Shown here piece by piece: positions 19,155-28,570 of a stretch of DNA of 64,000 bases. The stretch comes from Candidatus Woesearchaeota archaeon (GTDB lineage Archaea > Nanobdellota > Nanobdellia > Woesearchaeales > GW2011-AR4): positions 8,461 to 72,460 of the forward strand of contig JAGVYR010000001.1 in assembly GCA_018303185.1 (NCBI GenBank), read 5' to 3'. The stretch's first letter is position 1, and each line of letters opens with the position of its first letter. Below the pieces are notes generated by a model. The model made no database searches, was not told the DNA's origin, and was given only the letters and a program-made list of their open reading frames with translations. The translations under genes and the position numbers were made by a program.

Positions 19155-19582
19155 TTTTTAGTCGGTAGTTTTTTGTTTTTGCTGTTTTAATTGCTTAATG
19201 GTTTTTATTTGGTTTTATTGGGCTTTTTTATTGCATTTTGGCTGTTGTTGCTCTTTTTTTATTTTTTTATTTGATTTATTTTTAATTGTTGAAATTTTTA
19301 TTTTTTTATTGCTTTAACTGCTGAAATTATAGTTTGTTTCTTATCGCTTTTCATTTATTTTATTGTTTAATTATTGAAATCGTTATTTATTGCATACTGT
19401 TTTAATTTTTGTGTTTGGCATTGTTGTTTTGTTGTTTTTAATCTTTGGACTTTTTTCATTGAATTTTTTTGTTATTGCACCTTTTTCATCATAATTTTTG
19501 AAATCTTCCTTCTCGTTTTTTGTTTCTGTTGAATTTTTTTATTGTTTGTCATTAAGCTTTATCTTTGTAAAAGCACAAAATC

Positions 19583-19975
19583 CTAAGCCCCTCTTTTTTC
19601 CTCTTCCAGTATCTTGCAGCAATACTCCTTCATGTGGCTGTCTATCAGGCTCATCAGCGGCTTAATTGTCTCTTTATTCAGCGAATAGTACCTAAACTTT
19701 CCCTTCTGCTCTGCCATGACCATGCCGCACCTTTCCAGCCTTTTCAGGTTGTGCGATATCATGGTCTGCTCAAATCCTGTCGCTTTGCACAGCTGAGTGA
19801 CATTTTTCCTTCCCTGCCTCAGCACATTAATAATCTGCAGCCTGTTTGGGTTTGCCAGAGAAGTGAAAAAGATGCTGTACGCGCCCGTTGGATGGTCCAT
19901 ACATGACACAAATATCATATGATATATAAATCTTATGATTTTCCGGGGCTTTGCCGGATGCTTAAGAATGCGCAA
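19583..19975 (-). CDS. ArsR/SmtB-family metalloregulator
   Basis: wHTH NPNRLQIINVLRQG...TQLCKATGFEQTMISHNLKRLERCGMV. The likely start is the internal MDHPTG Met. It lies directly upstream of copA on the same strand. Confidence 0.75.
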   Translation of the reverse strand: MRILKHPAKPRKIIRFIYHMIFVSCMDHPTGAYSIFFTSLANPNRLQIINVLRQGRKNVTQLCKATGFEQTMISHNLKRLERCGMVMAEQKGKFRYYSLNKETIKPLMSLIDSHMKEYCCKILEEEKRGA

Positions 19976-19992
19976 TTAGCCCATACTGGGCG

Positions 19993-20430
19993 TTACAGTC
20001 TGTCAGGATGGTATCTTCTCAGATAGTTTTCAAACAACTGCCTAAAAACCGGATGCCTTGGGCTTCTTGAATTGAACATGGCATTAATCAAAGCATCGGC
20101 TGCTTTAGGGATTTCTGCAGCGGGTTTTGCCCCATTATGCCCATTCAGGATATGCTCCATGTCTAAGACCATTCCGGTCTGATATATCCCTTTTTTGGCT
20201 TGGATTCCATAAGTAATTCTGGGCTTGGTGCTGCCCTCATAAAAATCTATCTCTTCAGCAGTTGCCCTTCCAGCTTTTATCTTGCTTTGGATTTCTGAAA
20301 GGCGGAGTGTCCATTGAACTGCCCATTCCCCGACTCCCTTATCTTCTGCCACAAGTATATCGTGTTCTCTGTATCTTTTTACATGAGTTATATAATGCGC
20401 ACGCATGCCGTCAATTGCCACTACAGCCAT
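19993..20430 (-). CDS. hypothetical protein
   Basis: 145-aa ORF. A TTTATATA box about 20 nt upstream of the ATG with no Shine-Dalgarno suggests an archaeal-type leaderless promoter. Confidence 0.5.
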   Translation of the reverse strand: MAVVAIDGMRAHYITHVKRYREHDILVAEDKGVGEWAVQWTLRLSEIQSKIKAGRATAEEIDFYEGSTKPRITYGIQAKKGIYQTGMVLDMEHILNGHNGAKPAAEIPKAADALINAMFNSRSPRHPVFRQLFENYLRRYHPDRL

Positions 20431-20448
20431 GATGGAAGGTTCTGCAGG

Positions 20449-20458
20449 GCATATATAA
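20449..20458 (-). promoter_or_regulatory. putative archaeal TATA box for leaderless transcript of the 20430 gene
   Basis: aaatatTTATATATgccctgcagaaccttccATG on the minus strand. Confidence 0.35.
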
Positions 20459-20531
20459 ATATTTAGATTAGTTCTACTGTTTAGTAATTAATAAAAATTT
20501 AATACAGTTATTATTGTTTCAAAATATAATA

Positions 20532-20615
20532 GGGGCTGTTAATTTTTAATATCAATCAGCCCCTATTATGTTCGAAAGATCTAACAAATGCTATTAAAAA
20601 CTTAGGTCTTTCGTT
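20532..20615 (+). repeat. double-hairpin repeat R1, copy B
   Basis: taggggctg...cagccccta, a 9-bp stem, plus the cgaaagatctaa/ttaggtctttcg stem. A second copy of the 16582 element. Confidence 0.5.
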
Positions 20616-20811
20616 GGCTATGTAGAAAATCTCGCTCCGCTCGCATAGTGCCTGCTCGCCTTTATGAACTTTTCACTTGCCTGACATCCCATAGGGCTAA
20701 TCTCACTCCGTTCGTTAGTTCGAGTATAGCTCAAACTTCCCCTGTCAGGCTGAATGAGCTATAAATAGGGCTCGCACATTGGCACTATGCTTATTTTCTA
20801 CAGAGCCCCTT
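20606..20811 (+). repeat. MITE-like repeat family A copy
   Basis: Terminal inverted repeats ggctatgtagaaaat / attttctacagagcc. The internal core is shared with 27886-28041 and 9281-9426. It contains a nested sub-element also seen at 476-545. Confidence 0.5.
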
Positions 20812-20846
20812 TCGTTATAATTATAAACAATAACAAATCCGGTTGA

Positions 20847-21419
20847 GTGATGCCCGAAATAACAAAAACCTTCAGCGCTCCTGACAGGAAATCATGGCGT
20901 AAATGGCTTGAAAAGAACCACAGCAAGGAAGATAAAATCTGGCTCATCCGCCACAAGAGGCACACTGGAAAGCCCGCAGTCAGCATGTCTGATGCAATGG
21001 ATGAAGCCATTTGTTTCGGCTGGATTGACACGATAGTAAAAAGTATTGACGAAGACACATTCGCGCAGTGCTTTGTAAAAAGAAAAGAGGCAGGAAGGTG
21101 GAGCGCAGCCACAATAGCAAGGGCAAAGCGCCTGATAAAAGAAAAAAGGATGTCCCCTTCAGGATTAAATTCATATAAACAGGGATTGAAAAACCCATTA
21201 GCGTACATAATCCTTCCGAAGAATCCTGAAATGCCGCAGGATTTGAAAGAAGCTTTGGAAAAAAACAGGGCAGCCCAAAACAAGTTCAATGCCCTCGCCC
21301 CTTCCTACAGGCGCACTTACATCAGCTGGGTCTCCCGTGGAAAATTGCCTGCAACAAGGGAAAAGAGGATAAAAAAGACAATTGAAAATGTTCTTAAGAA
21401 TAAAAGGCTTGGGATGTAA
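20847..21419 (+). CDS. YdeI/OmpD-associated family protein
   Basis: MSDAMDEAICFGWID is characteristic of the YdeI_OmdA family. Confidence 0.65.
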   Translation: MMPEITKTFSAPDRKSWRKWLEKNHSKEDKIWLIRHKRHTGKPAVSMSDAMDEAICFGWIDTIVKSIDEDTFAQCFVKRKEAGRWSAATIARAKRLIKEKRMSPSGLNSYKQGLKNPLAYIILPKNPEMPQDLKEALEKNRAAQNKFNALAPSYRRTYISWVSRGKLPATREKRIKKTIENVLKNKRLGM

Positions 21420-21473
21420 TACTAATTCCCGCAAACCAAAACCCTAATAAACTATCAGGAAAACAATGAGGAT

Positions 21474-23381
21474 ATGCAATACAAAGGCTTCACTTTAGAC
21501 CCCTTTCAGGAGCAGGCCATCCAGTCTATTGAGAACAACCATTCTGTCGTTGTATCTGCCCCCACTGGCTCAGGAAAGACGCTGATTGCTGACTATATAA
21601 TCAACAAGTACATTGATGAAGGCATAAAGATAGTCTACACCGCCCCCATCAAAGCCCTTTCCAACCAGAAATACAGGGAATTCTCCGAAGAGTACGGCAA
21701 GGATAAAATCGGGCTTTTGACAGGGGACATTGTCATAAACCCTGAAGCGAAAATGCTGATAATGACCACTGAAATCTACAGGAACATGGCCCTTTCAAAA
21801 GACATTGACAATGTCGCGTATGTGATTTTCGACGAAATACATTACATTAATGACATAGAGCGCGGCTATGTGTGGGAAGAGTCCATTATTTTTTCAAAGC
21901 CGGAAACCCGCTTTCTCTGCCTCTCTGCAACCATCCCGAATGCGGATGAATTTGCTGAATGGATACAGAAAATAAAGAAGCACAGTGTGGATGTCGTGAA
22001 GAATGAAGTCAGGAATGTCCCTCTTCATTGCATGTTCTACGACGCAGAGCTGGGCATAGCCTCCCTGGAAGACATAAAGGAAGTCGCTGAAATTCCCGAG
22101 CAGAGGCACAGCAGGGGGAGGCAGAGGCAACGGCATAGGGCAAAGAAGCCGTCCCATATAGAATTAATAAAAGAAATTCAGGACAAGCTTCCCTGCTTTT
22201 TCTTCACTTTCTCAAGGAAAGAATGCCAAGAGCACGCTTTTGAGCTTGCCAACGCAAGGATTTTCCAGCCGGATTCAAGGATAACTTCAATAGCCCGGCA
22301 GAAATTAAGCCAGGCGCCTCCTGAAATTAACGGCCTTGTCTCAACCAAAGTAATGAGGCATGTCCTGCCGTATGGAATAGCATTCCATCATGCCGGCTTG
22401 CTTCCCATAATGAAAGAGCTTGTCGAGGATTTGTTTTCCAAAGGCCTCATAAAAGTCCTGTACACAACTGAAACATTTGCAGTCGGCATAAACATGCCCG
22501 CAAAGACAGTTTGCTTTCAGGCTTTAAGGAAATTTGACGGCATGAATTTCCGCTACCTCAATTCAAAAGAGTATTTTCAGATTGCCGGCCGCGCAGGCAG
22601 AAGAGGCATTGACAGGGAAGGATTCTCATACGCAATGATTGACAAGCGCGATTTCAGCTACAGCACGATAAAAAGAATCACTTCAAAGGACATTGACCCT
22701 ATTAAATCCCAGTTCCGGCTCTCAATAAACACCGTCCTCAATCTCATAAAAAACCACGACGAGCAGGAGCAGCACGTCATCCTGAGCCACAGCTTCTACA
22801 ATTTCCAGAGATACGGAAAAGATTTTGAAAAGATAACTGTAATGCACCAGAAATTCCAGGCGATGAAAAGCCGGCTTGAGAAAATGGGGTATGTCAAAGA
22901 CAGCCAGCTAACAGAGAAAGGGGTTTTCTGCTCCCGCATCTATTCAGATGAGATTTTGACTGGCGAATTGTTTGCCACTCCATTTTACAATGACCTTAAC
23001 GAATACCAAATCCTCCTTTTATTGGCGTGCATCGCCTACGAAGGCAGGGAGATGGACCGTTTCTATAAGATATACAAGACAGATTTCCTCTACAGCCTGA
23101 AGAGAAAGATAAAGGCTGACAGGTACCTCAGCCGCTTTAAAAAGTTCATCAGCATGGAAGACTTAACTGCGCTTATTGACCCATGTTATAGCGGAAAGGA
23201 CATTTTTGCCATAATAAAAAACTCAACTTTGCTTGAAGGCGACTTAATAAGATTCTTCAGGCAGATTCTTGACCGTGTCGGCCAGATAAAAAACGCCTCT
23301 CAGGATATAAGGCTGCGGCAGATGATGGGCAGCATACAGGGCATTATCCTCAATACGCTGAAGGATGTGGATGGGATTTAG
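21474..23381 (+). CDS. Ski2/Mtr4-like superfamily-2 RNA helicase
   Basis: Walker A APTGSGKT, DEIH box, and LSATIPNADEFAEWI, the Ski2/Mtr4-type motif. A helicase core without an obvious C-terminal DSHCT domain. Confidence 0.75.
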   Translation: MQYKGFTLDPFQEQAIQSIENNHSVVVSAPTGSGKTLIADYIINKYIDEGIKIVYTAPIKALSNQKYREFSEEYGKDKIGLLTGDIVINPEAKMLIMTTEIYRNMALSKDIDNVAYVIFDEIHYINDIERGYVWEESIIFSKPETRFLCLSATIPNADEFAEWIQKIKKHSVDVVKNEVRNVPLHCMFYDAELGIASLEDIKEVAEIPEQRHSRGRQRQRHRAKKPSHIELIKEIQDKLPCFFFTFSRKECQEHAFELANARIFQPDSRITSIARQKLSQAPPEINGLVSTKVMRHVLPYGIAFHHAGLLPIMKELVEDLFSKGLIKVLYTTETFAVGINMPAKTVCFQALRKFDGMNFRYLNSKEYFQIAGRAGRRGIDREGFSYAMIDKRDFSYSTIKRITSKDIDPIKSQFRLSINTVLNLIKNHDEQEQHVILSHSFYNFQRYGKDFEKITVMHQKFQAMKSRLEKMGYVKDSQLTEKGVFCSRIYSDEILTGELFATPFYNDLNEYQILLLLACIAYEGREMDRFYKIYKTDFLYSLKRKIKADRYLSRFKKFISMEDLTALIDPCYSGKDIFAIIKNSTLLEGDLIRFFRQILDRVGQIKNASQDIRLRQMMGSIQGIILNTLKDVDGI

Positions 23382-23552
23382 TGGTATTTCTGAGAACCAA
23401 CCGCCAGCTTTTTAAATGCATGAACGATACTTGCTTCAAAAGGGTGGCTTGAGCCCCATAGTTCTTAGGGGAGATATAACAGATACTAGAGGTAGGAACG
23501 CAAAATCACAAAATCGGTAAATCAGAAGTTATTTGAAAGAGAATCCAGGGTA

Positions 23553-24314
23553 ATGATGTACAACTTAGGTAGCTTTTACCCTAATTATGTCCCAAGAAAG
23601 AATAATGGGATGGTTTTCAGGTCTGAACATAAAACTCTTGTTGAAATTGTAAAAAGCAGCTTAGAGAGTGGGCATACTGTACAGGCAGATTCGAGAGGCA
23701 AAAGATCATACTGGATTCAGATAGGCAACGTGCCTGAAATCCGGAGAAGCCTCAGGCGCCTTGGAATGAAAAACTCAAAAAAAGAGAGAGTATTCCCAAA
23801 GAAGATCAACGGAGAGTTGGGAAGGGATTTGGTGAGGGGATTTTACGACGCCAGCGGCAGGGTGTCAGTTACAAACAAATATGCCATCAAGGTAGCATTT
23901 CAGTTTGAAGGCACTAAGTTCCTGCACGGACTGAGCAAATTTCTGGAAGAACATGTAGGGGTTGAAAGAAAATACCCGTATGATGGAAGAACACTAATGT
24001 ATTCTCATGCAGATTCATGGAAGATATACAGATTTATGTACGGGAATTTAGGATTCATAAAAGAAAAAGGGATGTATCTTCCAGAAAAAAAGGGAGCATT
24101 TCCAAAAAGAAAAAGAATACCTCCATTATCTGAAAAAAGAAAAATTGCAACTTATAGAAAGATGGAGAGTGCATCAAAGATGCTGAACGATGCAGACCCA
24201 AAGAAAGTTGCAAAAAAACTTGGATACGGGACTGTCAATTCATTTTATAGGGCTTTCTACAGGCATTTCGGGTATGGAATGAGAGAGTTCTATTCGCAGA
24301 AAGGCAGATTGTAA
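23553..24314 (+). CDS. hypothetical protein with LAGLIDADG-like motif
   Basis: VRGFYDASGRV resembles the second LAGLIDADG block. The rest is uncharacterised. Confidence 0.35.
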   Translation: MMYNLGSFYPNYVPRKNNGMVFRSEHKTLVEIVKSSLESGHTVQADSRGKRSYWIQIGNVPEIRRSLRRLGMKNSKKERVFPKKINGELGRDLVRGFYDASGRVSVTNKYAIKVAFQFEGTKFLHGLSKFLEEHVGVERKYPYDGRTLMYSHADSWKIYRFMYGNLGFIKEKGMYLPEKKGAFPKRKRIPPLSEKRKIATYRKMESASKMLNDADPKKVAKKLGYGTVNSFYRAFYRHFGYGMREFYSQKGRL

Positions 24315-24517
24315 GGAAAAACCGGGAAACGCAGTTCCGTCGACAAACCCAAAAACCCTTAAAATTCCTGCCAATAATCACTACACCAGTATACAAATTA
24401 GTAACATTTATATATAAGTTACATCAATAAAAGTGAAGCTTACTGGGAGACTCAGTAAGGGTGTCGAGGAATTGAGTTTTTCTACTATAGTAGATTCTCC
24501 TTGCTAGAGGTGAGACT

Positions 24518-25567
24518 ATGCAAAATCAAAAGAGCGATTTGTTGGATAACGGGCTGGAAGTAGGGCAGGCCAGCATCAAGGTAATCGGGGTAGGCGGTGG
24601 CGGCAACAACATGGTCAACTGGCTCTATAAGAAAGGGGTCAAGGGAGCTGAGATCATAGCCTGCAACTCTGATAAGCAGCATCTCGAGATTACACAGGCC
24701 GACTCAAAGTTCCTTATAGGAAAGCATGTAACTAGGGGCTTGGGATGCGGAGGCTTCCCGCAGAAAGGAGCCGAGGCAGCGCAGGAAAACATGAATGATA
24801 TCAAAGAGCATATTAGAAACTCGGACATAGTATTCGTATGCGCAGGAATGGGCGGCGGCACCGGAACAGGAGCAGCGCCGATAGTTGCATCTGTTGCAAA
24901 GGATGCAGGCGCAATAGTAATCGGCACTGTAACCATGCCCTTCAGCATAGAAAGGGCTCGCGTACATAAGGCAGAATTCGGCCTCGACCAATTAAGGAAA
25001 TACGCAGACACCGTCATAGTGATTGACAACAACAGGCTTGTGAGCATTGCTGGCAATCTTCCTGTGCAGCAGGCATTCGCTGTGGCAAACGAGCTTATAG
25101 CTACAATGATAAGGGGCATTGTTGAGACAATATCGGTCCCATCTTTAGTCAACCTTGACTTCGCTGATGTAAAAGCCATAATGAAGGGAAGCGGCGTAGC
25201 TGCAATCGGCGTCGGCACATCAGACACAACAAACAAGGTTGAAGAAGCAGTCAAAGGCGCACTCAGCAATCCTTTGCTGGACATAAGCTACAAAGGCGCA
25301 ACCGGAGCTTTAATCCACATAGAAGGCGGCCCTGACATGACTCTGGATGAGGTAAGCAGGGCAGGCGAAATGGTCACAGAAAGCCTTGATGAAGACGCAA
25401 ACATCATCTGGGGAGCAAGAGTTTCGGAAAACATGAAGGGAAAGATTACTGTCATGACAATAATAACAGGAGTGACAAGCCCCTGGATAGTTGGAAAGGA
25501 CACAGAGAAGGCTGCAAAGCTTGAAAAAAAGAAAATGGAAAATGAATTCGGCATCGAATTCTTTTGA
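24518..25567 (+). CDS. ftsZ: cell-division GTPase FtsZ (tubulin superfamily)
   Basis: IKVIGVGGGGNNMV, GGGTGTG tubulin signature, 349 aa, GAGGTGA Shine-Dalgarno. Confidence 0.9.
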   Translation: MQNQKSDLLDNGLEVGQASIKVIGVGGGGNNMVNWLYKKGVKGAEIIACNSDKQHLEITQADSKFLIGKHVTRGLGCGGFPQKGAEAAQENMNDIKEHIRNSDIVFVCAGMGGGTGTGAAPIVASVAKDAGAIVIGTVTMPFSIERARVHKAEFGLDQLRKYADTVIVIDNNRLVSIAGNLPVQQAFAVANELIATMIRGIVETISVPSLVNLDFADVKAIMKGSGVAAIGVGTSDTTNKVEEAVKGALSNPLLDISYKGATGALIHIEGGPDMTLDEVSRAGEMVTESLDEDANIIWGARVSENMKGKITVMTIITGVTSPWIVGKDTEKAAKLEKKKMENEFGIEFF

Positions 25568-26307
25568 GGTGCAAAATGGAAAATGACCCTATTATGAAAA
25601 AAGTTGTTGGAAGCATAGTTGAGAGCAATGAAAGGCTTATGAATTCAAGGCAGGAAGTGAGCAAATTCTCAAAAATTGTCCCTGCCCTTATGAAAAAAGG
25701 GCTTGACGAGCTCAATTTATCAATGTTCAGCCCGGAAATAAAGCAGGCAATCCTTACTGCCCTTGGAGAAGAGTACAGGAGAAAAGGCAACCTTAGCGAG
25801 GCTGTAAAGGCATTTGTGCTTGCAGGGGAAAGGTCGAAGCTTAATGATATTGCAGAGGAATACGAGAGGCTTGCCCAGTACGACAACTGCATCGAAGCCT
25901 ACAAGATGGCAGGAAACCATACAAAGCTCATGGAAATGGGCATGAGGTGCCTTAATGACGGCAAATTGGAGCATGCAATAAAGGCCTTCATCGCTGTGGG
26001 AGATGTCGGCAGGCTTATTGAGGTTGGCGACCAGTGCATGGCAAAATTCCGCTTTGACCACGCCCTCGAAATATTCGGCACAATGAAAGACAAAAGGAAG
26101 CTTACAGAGCTCGGCAACAGGTGCGTTGAGGAAAAGCAGTACAAATACGCGCTGCAGGCATTCTCAATAGCTGAGAACAGGGACGGCCTTAACATAATAG
26201 GAGACAGCTGCCTTAGGGAAGAGCACATTTCAATGGCCCTCGAAGCCTACCATCTTGCAAGCAATGAGATGATGGTTCAGTTCATAAGGGAAAACTTCCA
26301 GGATTAA
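25564..26307 (+). CDS. repeat protein (about 38-aa helical repeats), FtsZ-coupled
   Basis: ATGA overlap with the ftsZ stop. There are five or more repeats of the form A.KAF..AG....L.E.G..C. Confidence 0.55.
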   Translation: MRCKMENDPIMKKVVGSIVESNERLMNSRQEVSKFSKIVPALMKKGLDELNLSMFSPEIKQAILTALGEEYRRKGNLSEAVKAFVLAGERSKLNDIAEEYERLAQYDNCIEAYKMAGNHTKLMEMGMRCLNDGKLEHAIKAFIAVGDVGRLIEVGDQCMAKFRFDHALEIFGTMKDKRKLTELGNRCVEEKQYKYALQAFSIAENRDGLNIIGDSCLREEHISMALEAYHLASNEMMVQFIRENFQD

Positions 26308-26324
26308 GCAGTAACGGAGCAAAA

Positions 26325-26717
26325 ATGGAAAGCCTGCTGAAAACCAACACAAGCGATTACATGCTCGACAAGAAGCTCGAGATAATGTTTGACATGAACA
26401 ACAAGAAGCTCTATGCAGAGATTACAGAGCTGAAAAAGGCCGTAATAGGGCTTTCTGAGGAAGTTGCGTCTTTGAAAAAAGCCCAGGCGCAGTCAAGGCA
26501 CTCTGCTTCTGCACCCTCGTATGAGGAGCCGATCCGCCATCAGCCGGAACCTGTTCATCAGGCACCGCAAATTCATGCCGTTCAGAATCATAACAGCCAA
26601 TCCGGTGAAACAAGAAGCGATGACGGCAGGACAAGGGCAAGGACAGGAGACTACAATCCGGATGATGTGTCAATAGACAAGTTCTTCTATTTCGGGAACA
26701 AAGGCCAAAAGAGGTAA
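26325..26717 (+). CDS. hypothetical coiled-coil protein with disordered Q/P/H-rich tail
   Basis: 130-aa ORF. Confidence 0.45.
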   Translation: MESLLKTNTSDYMLDKKLEIMFDMNNKKLYAEITELKKAVIGLSEEVASLKKAQAQSRHSASAPSYEEPIRHQPEPVHQAPQIHAVQNHNSQSGETRSDDGRTRARTGDYNPDDVSIDKFFYFGNKGQKR

Positions 26718-26773
26718 AAGGGCAACAGGAATAAATCCAATAAAACAGAGGCAATGAAATCGAGGCGGTCGCT

Positions 26774-27109
26774 ATGCAAGAGAACAAATACAAGTGCTCA
26801 TACTGCAATAAGGAATTTGACTTCAGGGATGTCAAGTACGGGGAGGACGGAAAGAGGCTTTTCTGCGAAAAATGCCTTGGTTTGCATAAGAAAGAGCTTG
26901 AAGAAAAGAAAAAGGGCTTCAGGGCCGAATCAGGCGAATTTGAAAAAGTGCAGGTAATATGCATAGACTGCAGGTATAAGTTCAGCATAAGCAGGAAAAA
27001 GCCAAGCTTAAGGTGCCCCTACTGTAACCGCTCAAACATTATGAAAGATGACACGACTGCTGACGAGCTGATAAGCGAAGTCACAAAGAATCCTGATATG
27101 TATAGGTAG
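26774..27109 (+). CDS. double zinc-ribbon protein
   Basis: Two CxxC...CxxC units (CSYCNK...CEKC; CIDCRY...CPYC). Confidence 0.5.
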   Translation: MQENKYKCSYCNKEFDFRDVKYGEDGKRLFCEKCLGLHKKELEEKKKGFRAESGEFEKVQVICIDCRYKFSISRKKPSLRCPYCNRSNIMKDDTTADELISEVTKNPDMYR

Positions 27110-27358
27110 AAGTTAGTGCGAAATGGCGGTTGGCATCTGATTTGTGAGCACCATAAAACACGAGGCGGGCGCATTGAGGGAAAGCGAGCCTCGTGACTAG
27201 CATTGCAGAGCATATTGAAAATAAAGAGTAGTTAAAAAAGTTTCAGTGCGGGCAATGTCTTCGAGCTTGCGAGGAGATGCTGGAAGCGAAGTTTCCGTGC
27301 GGCAATCCGAAGAATGAAGAAGAATGAGATTTCGCACCAATTCCGGATAAGGACAAAA

Positions 27359-27838
27359 TCATTTCTTATGGTGCCCTGAGACCTGCCTGAAAAGCGCCTT
27401 GTTCTGGTAAGACTCTGCTATCTTCTTCACAATGAGATAGCTTATCGGGGCTATTGCAAAAGCAAGGATTATGTTTCCTACAATAAATTTCTTGCTGTAG
27501 TTGTAAACTGTATTCAAAAAGGTCACATCATACTGCACATGGGGCACTCCCTGAAAGATAAGCCCGCCAATCTTATAGCTCAGCGCATATACCGGGAATG
27601 TTGTGACAGGATTCCAGAAGAATATTGACGCAATTATCGCCAGCTTGCTGGCTCTTGGAAAGAAAAACGAAACCAATAGCCCTAAAATCAGGTTAAAACC
27701 GGGCGTCGGAAGAATGCTTATGAAAGTACCTATTGCAAAGCCAAAAGCTATTGCGTGCGGCGTCTTTCTTTCCTGCATAAGCTTCCTGTGATGCCTCTTT
27801 GCTTCTGCAATGAATTTCCTGAATATCCTCTTAGGCAT
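27359..27838 (-). CDS. DUF2062-family membrane protein
   Basis: 159 aa. The pattern HAIAFGFAIGTFISILPTPGFNL is typical of DUF2062. Confidence 0.6.
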   Translation of the reverse strand: MPKRIFRKFIAEAKRHHRKLMQERKTPHAIAFGFAIGTFISILPTPGFNLILGLLVSFFFPRASKLAIIASIFFWNPVTTFPVYALSYKIGGLIFQGVPHVQYDVTFLNTVYNYSKKFIVGNIILAFAIAPISYLIVKKIAESYQNKALFRQVSGHHKK

Positions 27839-27885
27839 GGCGTCTTGGAGACTTAGATGGCTATTTTAAATGTTGCTATTACTGA

Positions 27886-28041
27886 GGCTTCGGTGAAAAT
27901 CTCACTTCGTTCGGCTGGTGCCTGCTCGCCCTTATGAGTTTTTCTCAGGCATGCCACCCCGAATGGGGCATCCCCCGTCATGCTTAATGAGCTTTAAGCA
28001 TGGCTCGCACATTGGCACCAGCTACATTTTCACCGAAGCCT
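27886..28041 (+). mobile_element. MITE-like non-autonomous element (family A), apparently recent insertion
   Basis: 156 bp with perfect 15-bp terminal inverted repeats GGCTTCGGTGAAAAT / ATTTTCACCGAAGCC. It is flanked by a 9-bp direct repeat TATTACTGA on both sides. It has no ORF. Confidence 0.6.
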
Positions 28042-28042
28042 A

Positions 28043-28438
28043 TTACTGATTTCCTTTAAACGCCAGGCACGCAGAATTGATGCAGTATCTTTTGCCGGAA
28101 GTGCCTGGCCCGTCATTGAACACATGGCCGAGATGGCCGCCGCACTTTGCGCACAGGACTTCTGTCCGCATCATGCCATGGCTGAAATCCCTCTTCAAAA
28201 TAACTGCTTCTTTCACAGCAGGATCAGTAAAAGACGGCCAGCCTGTGCCGGAATCAAACTTTGTATCGGAAGAGAAAAGCTTCCCTCCGCAGCCTTTGCA
28301 GTGGTACATCCCGCCAGCCTTATGGCTCCAGTACTTTCCCGTGAAGGCAGGCTCGGTTCCTTTCTCCCTGAGGATGCGATATTCTTCTTCAGAGAGCTTG
28401 CTTTTCCAGTCTTTTTCAGATTTTTTGGTTTGTTCCAT
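28043..28438 (-). CDS. msrB: peptide-methionine (R)-S-oxide reductase MsrB
   Basis: CxxC...CxxC zinc site plus GWPSF and RYCINS catalytic motifs, 131 aa. Confidence 0.9.
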   Translation of the reverse strand: MEQTKKSEKDWKSKLSEEEYRILREKGTEPAFTGKYWSHKAGGMYHCKGCGGKLFSSDTKFDSGTGWPSFTDPAVKEAVILKRDFSHGMMRTEVLCAKCGGHLGHVFNDGPGTSGKRYCINSACLAFKGNQ

Positions 28439-28570
28439 GCTAGGTTAAATGGCGCCTATTTATTTTTCTTTTTTTATTTTTAGTTTTTATTGCTTTTCAG
28501 GATTATTGCCTCTGTTCTTTCTTTTTGATGCTGGAGTTTATATTATTCTGTGTATGCCGAATAATCCCGC

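Noticed and set aside
24625-25554. Long antisense ORFs (219 aa, 88 aa) opposite ftsZ
   Set aside because: FtsZ motifs are unambiguous on the plus strand. The antisense ORFs are low-complexity and Ala/Pro/Ser-rich, typical of a shadow frame.
28044-28046. Possible off-by-one in my manual indexing around the msrB stop versus the ORF-track coordinate
   Set aside because: This is not a biological feature. Coordinates for the MITE and its duplication near 28041-28050 should be taken as +/-1-2 bp.
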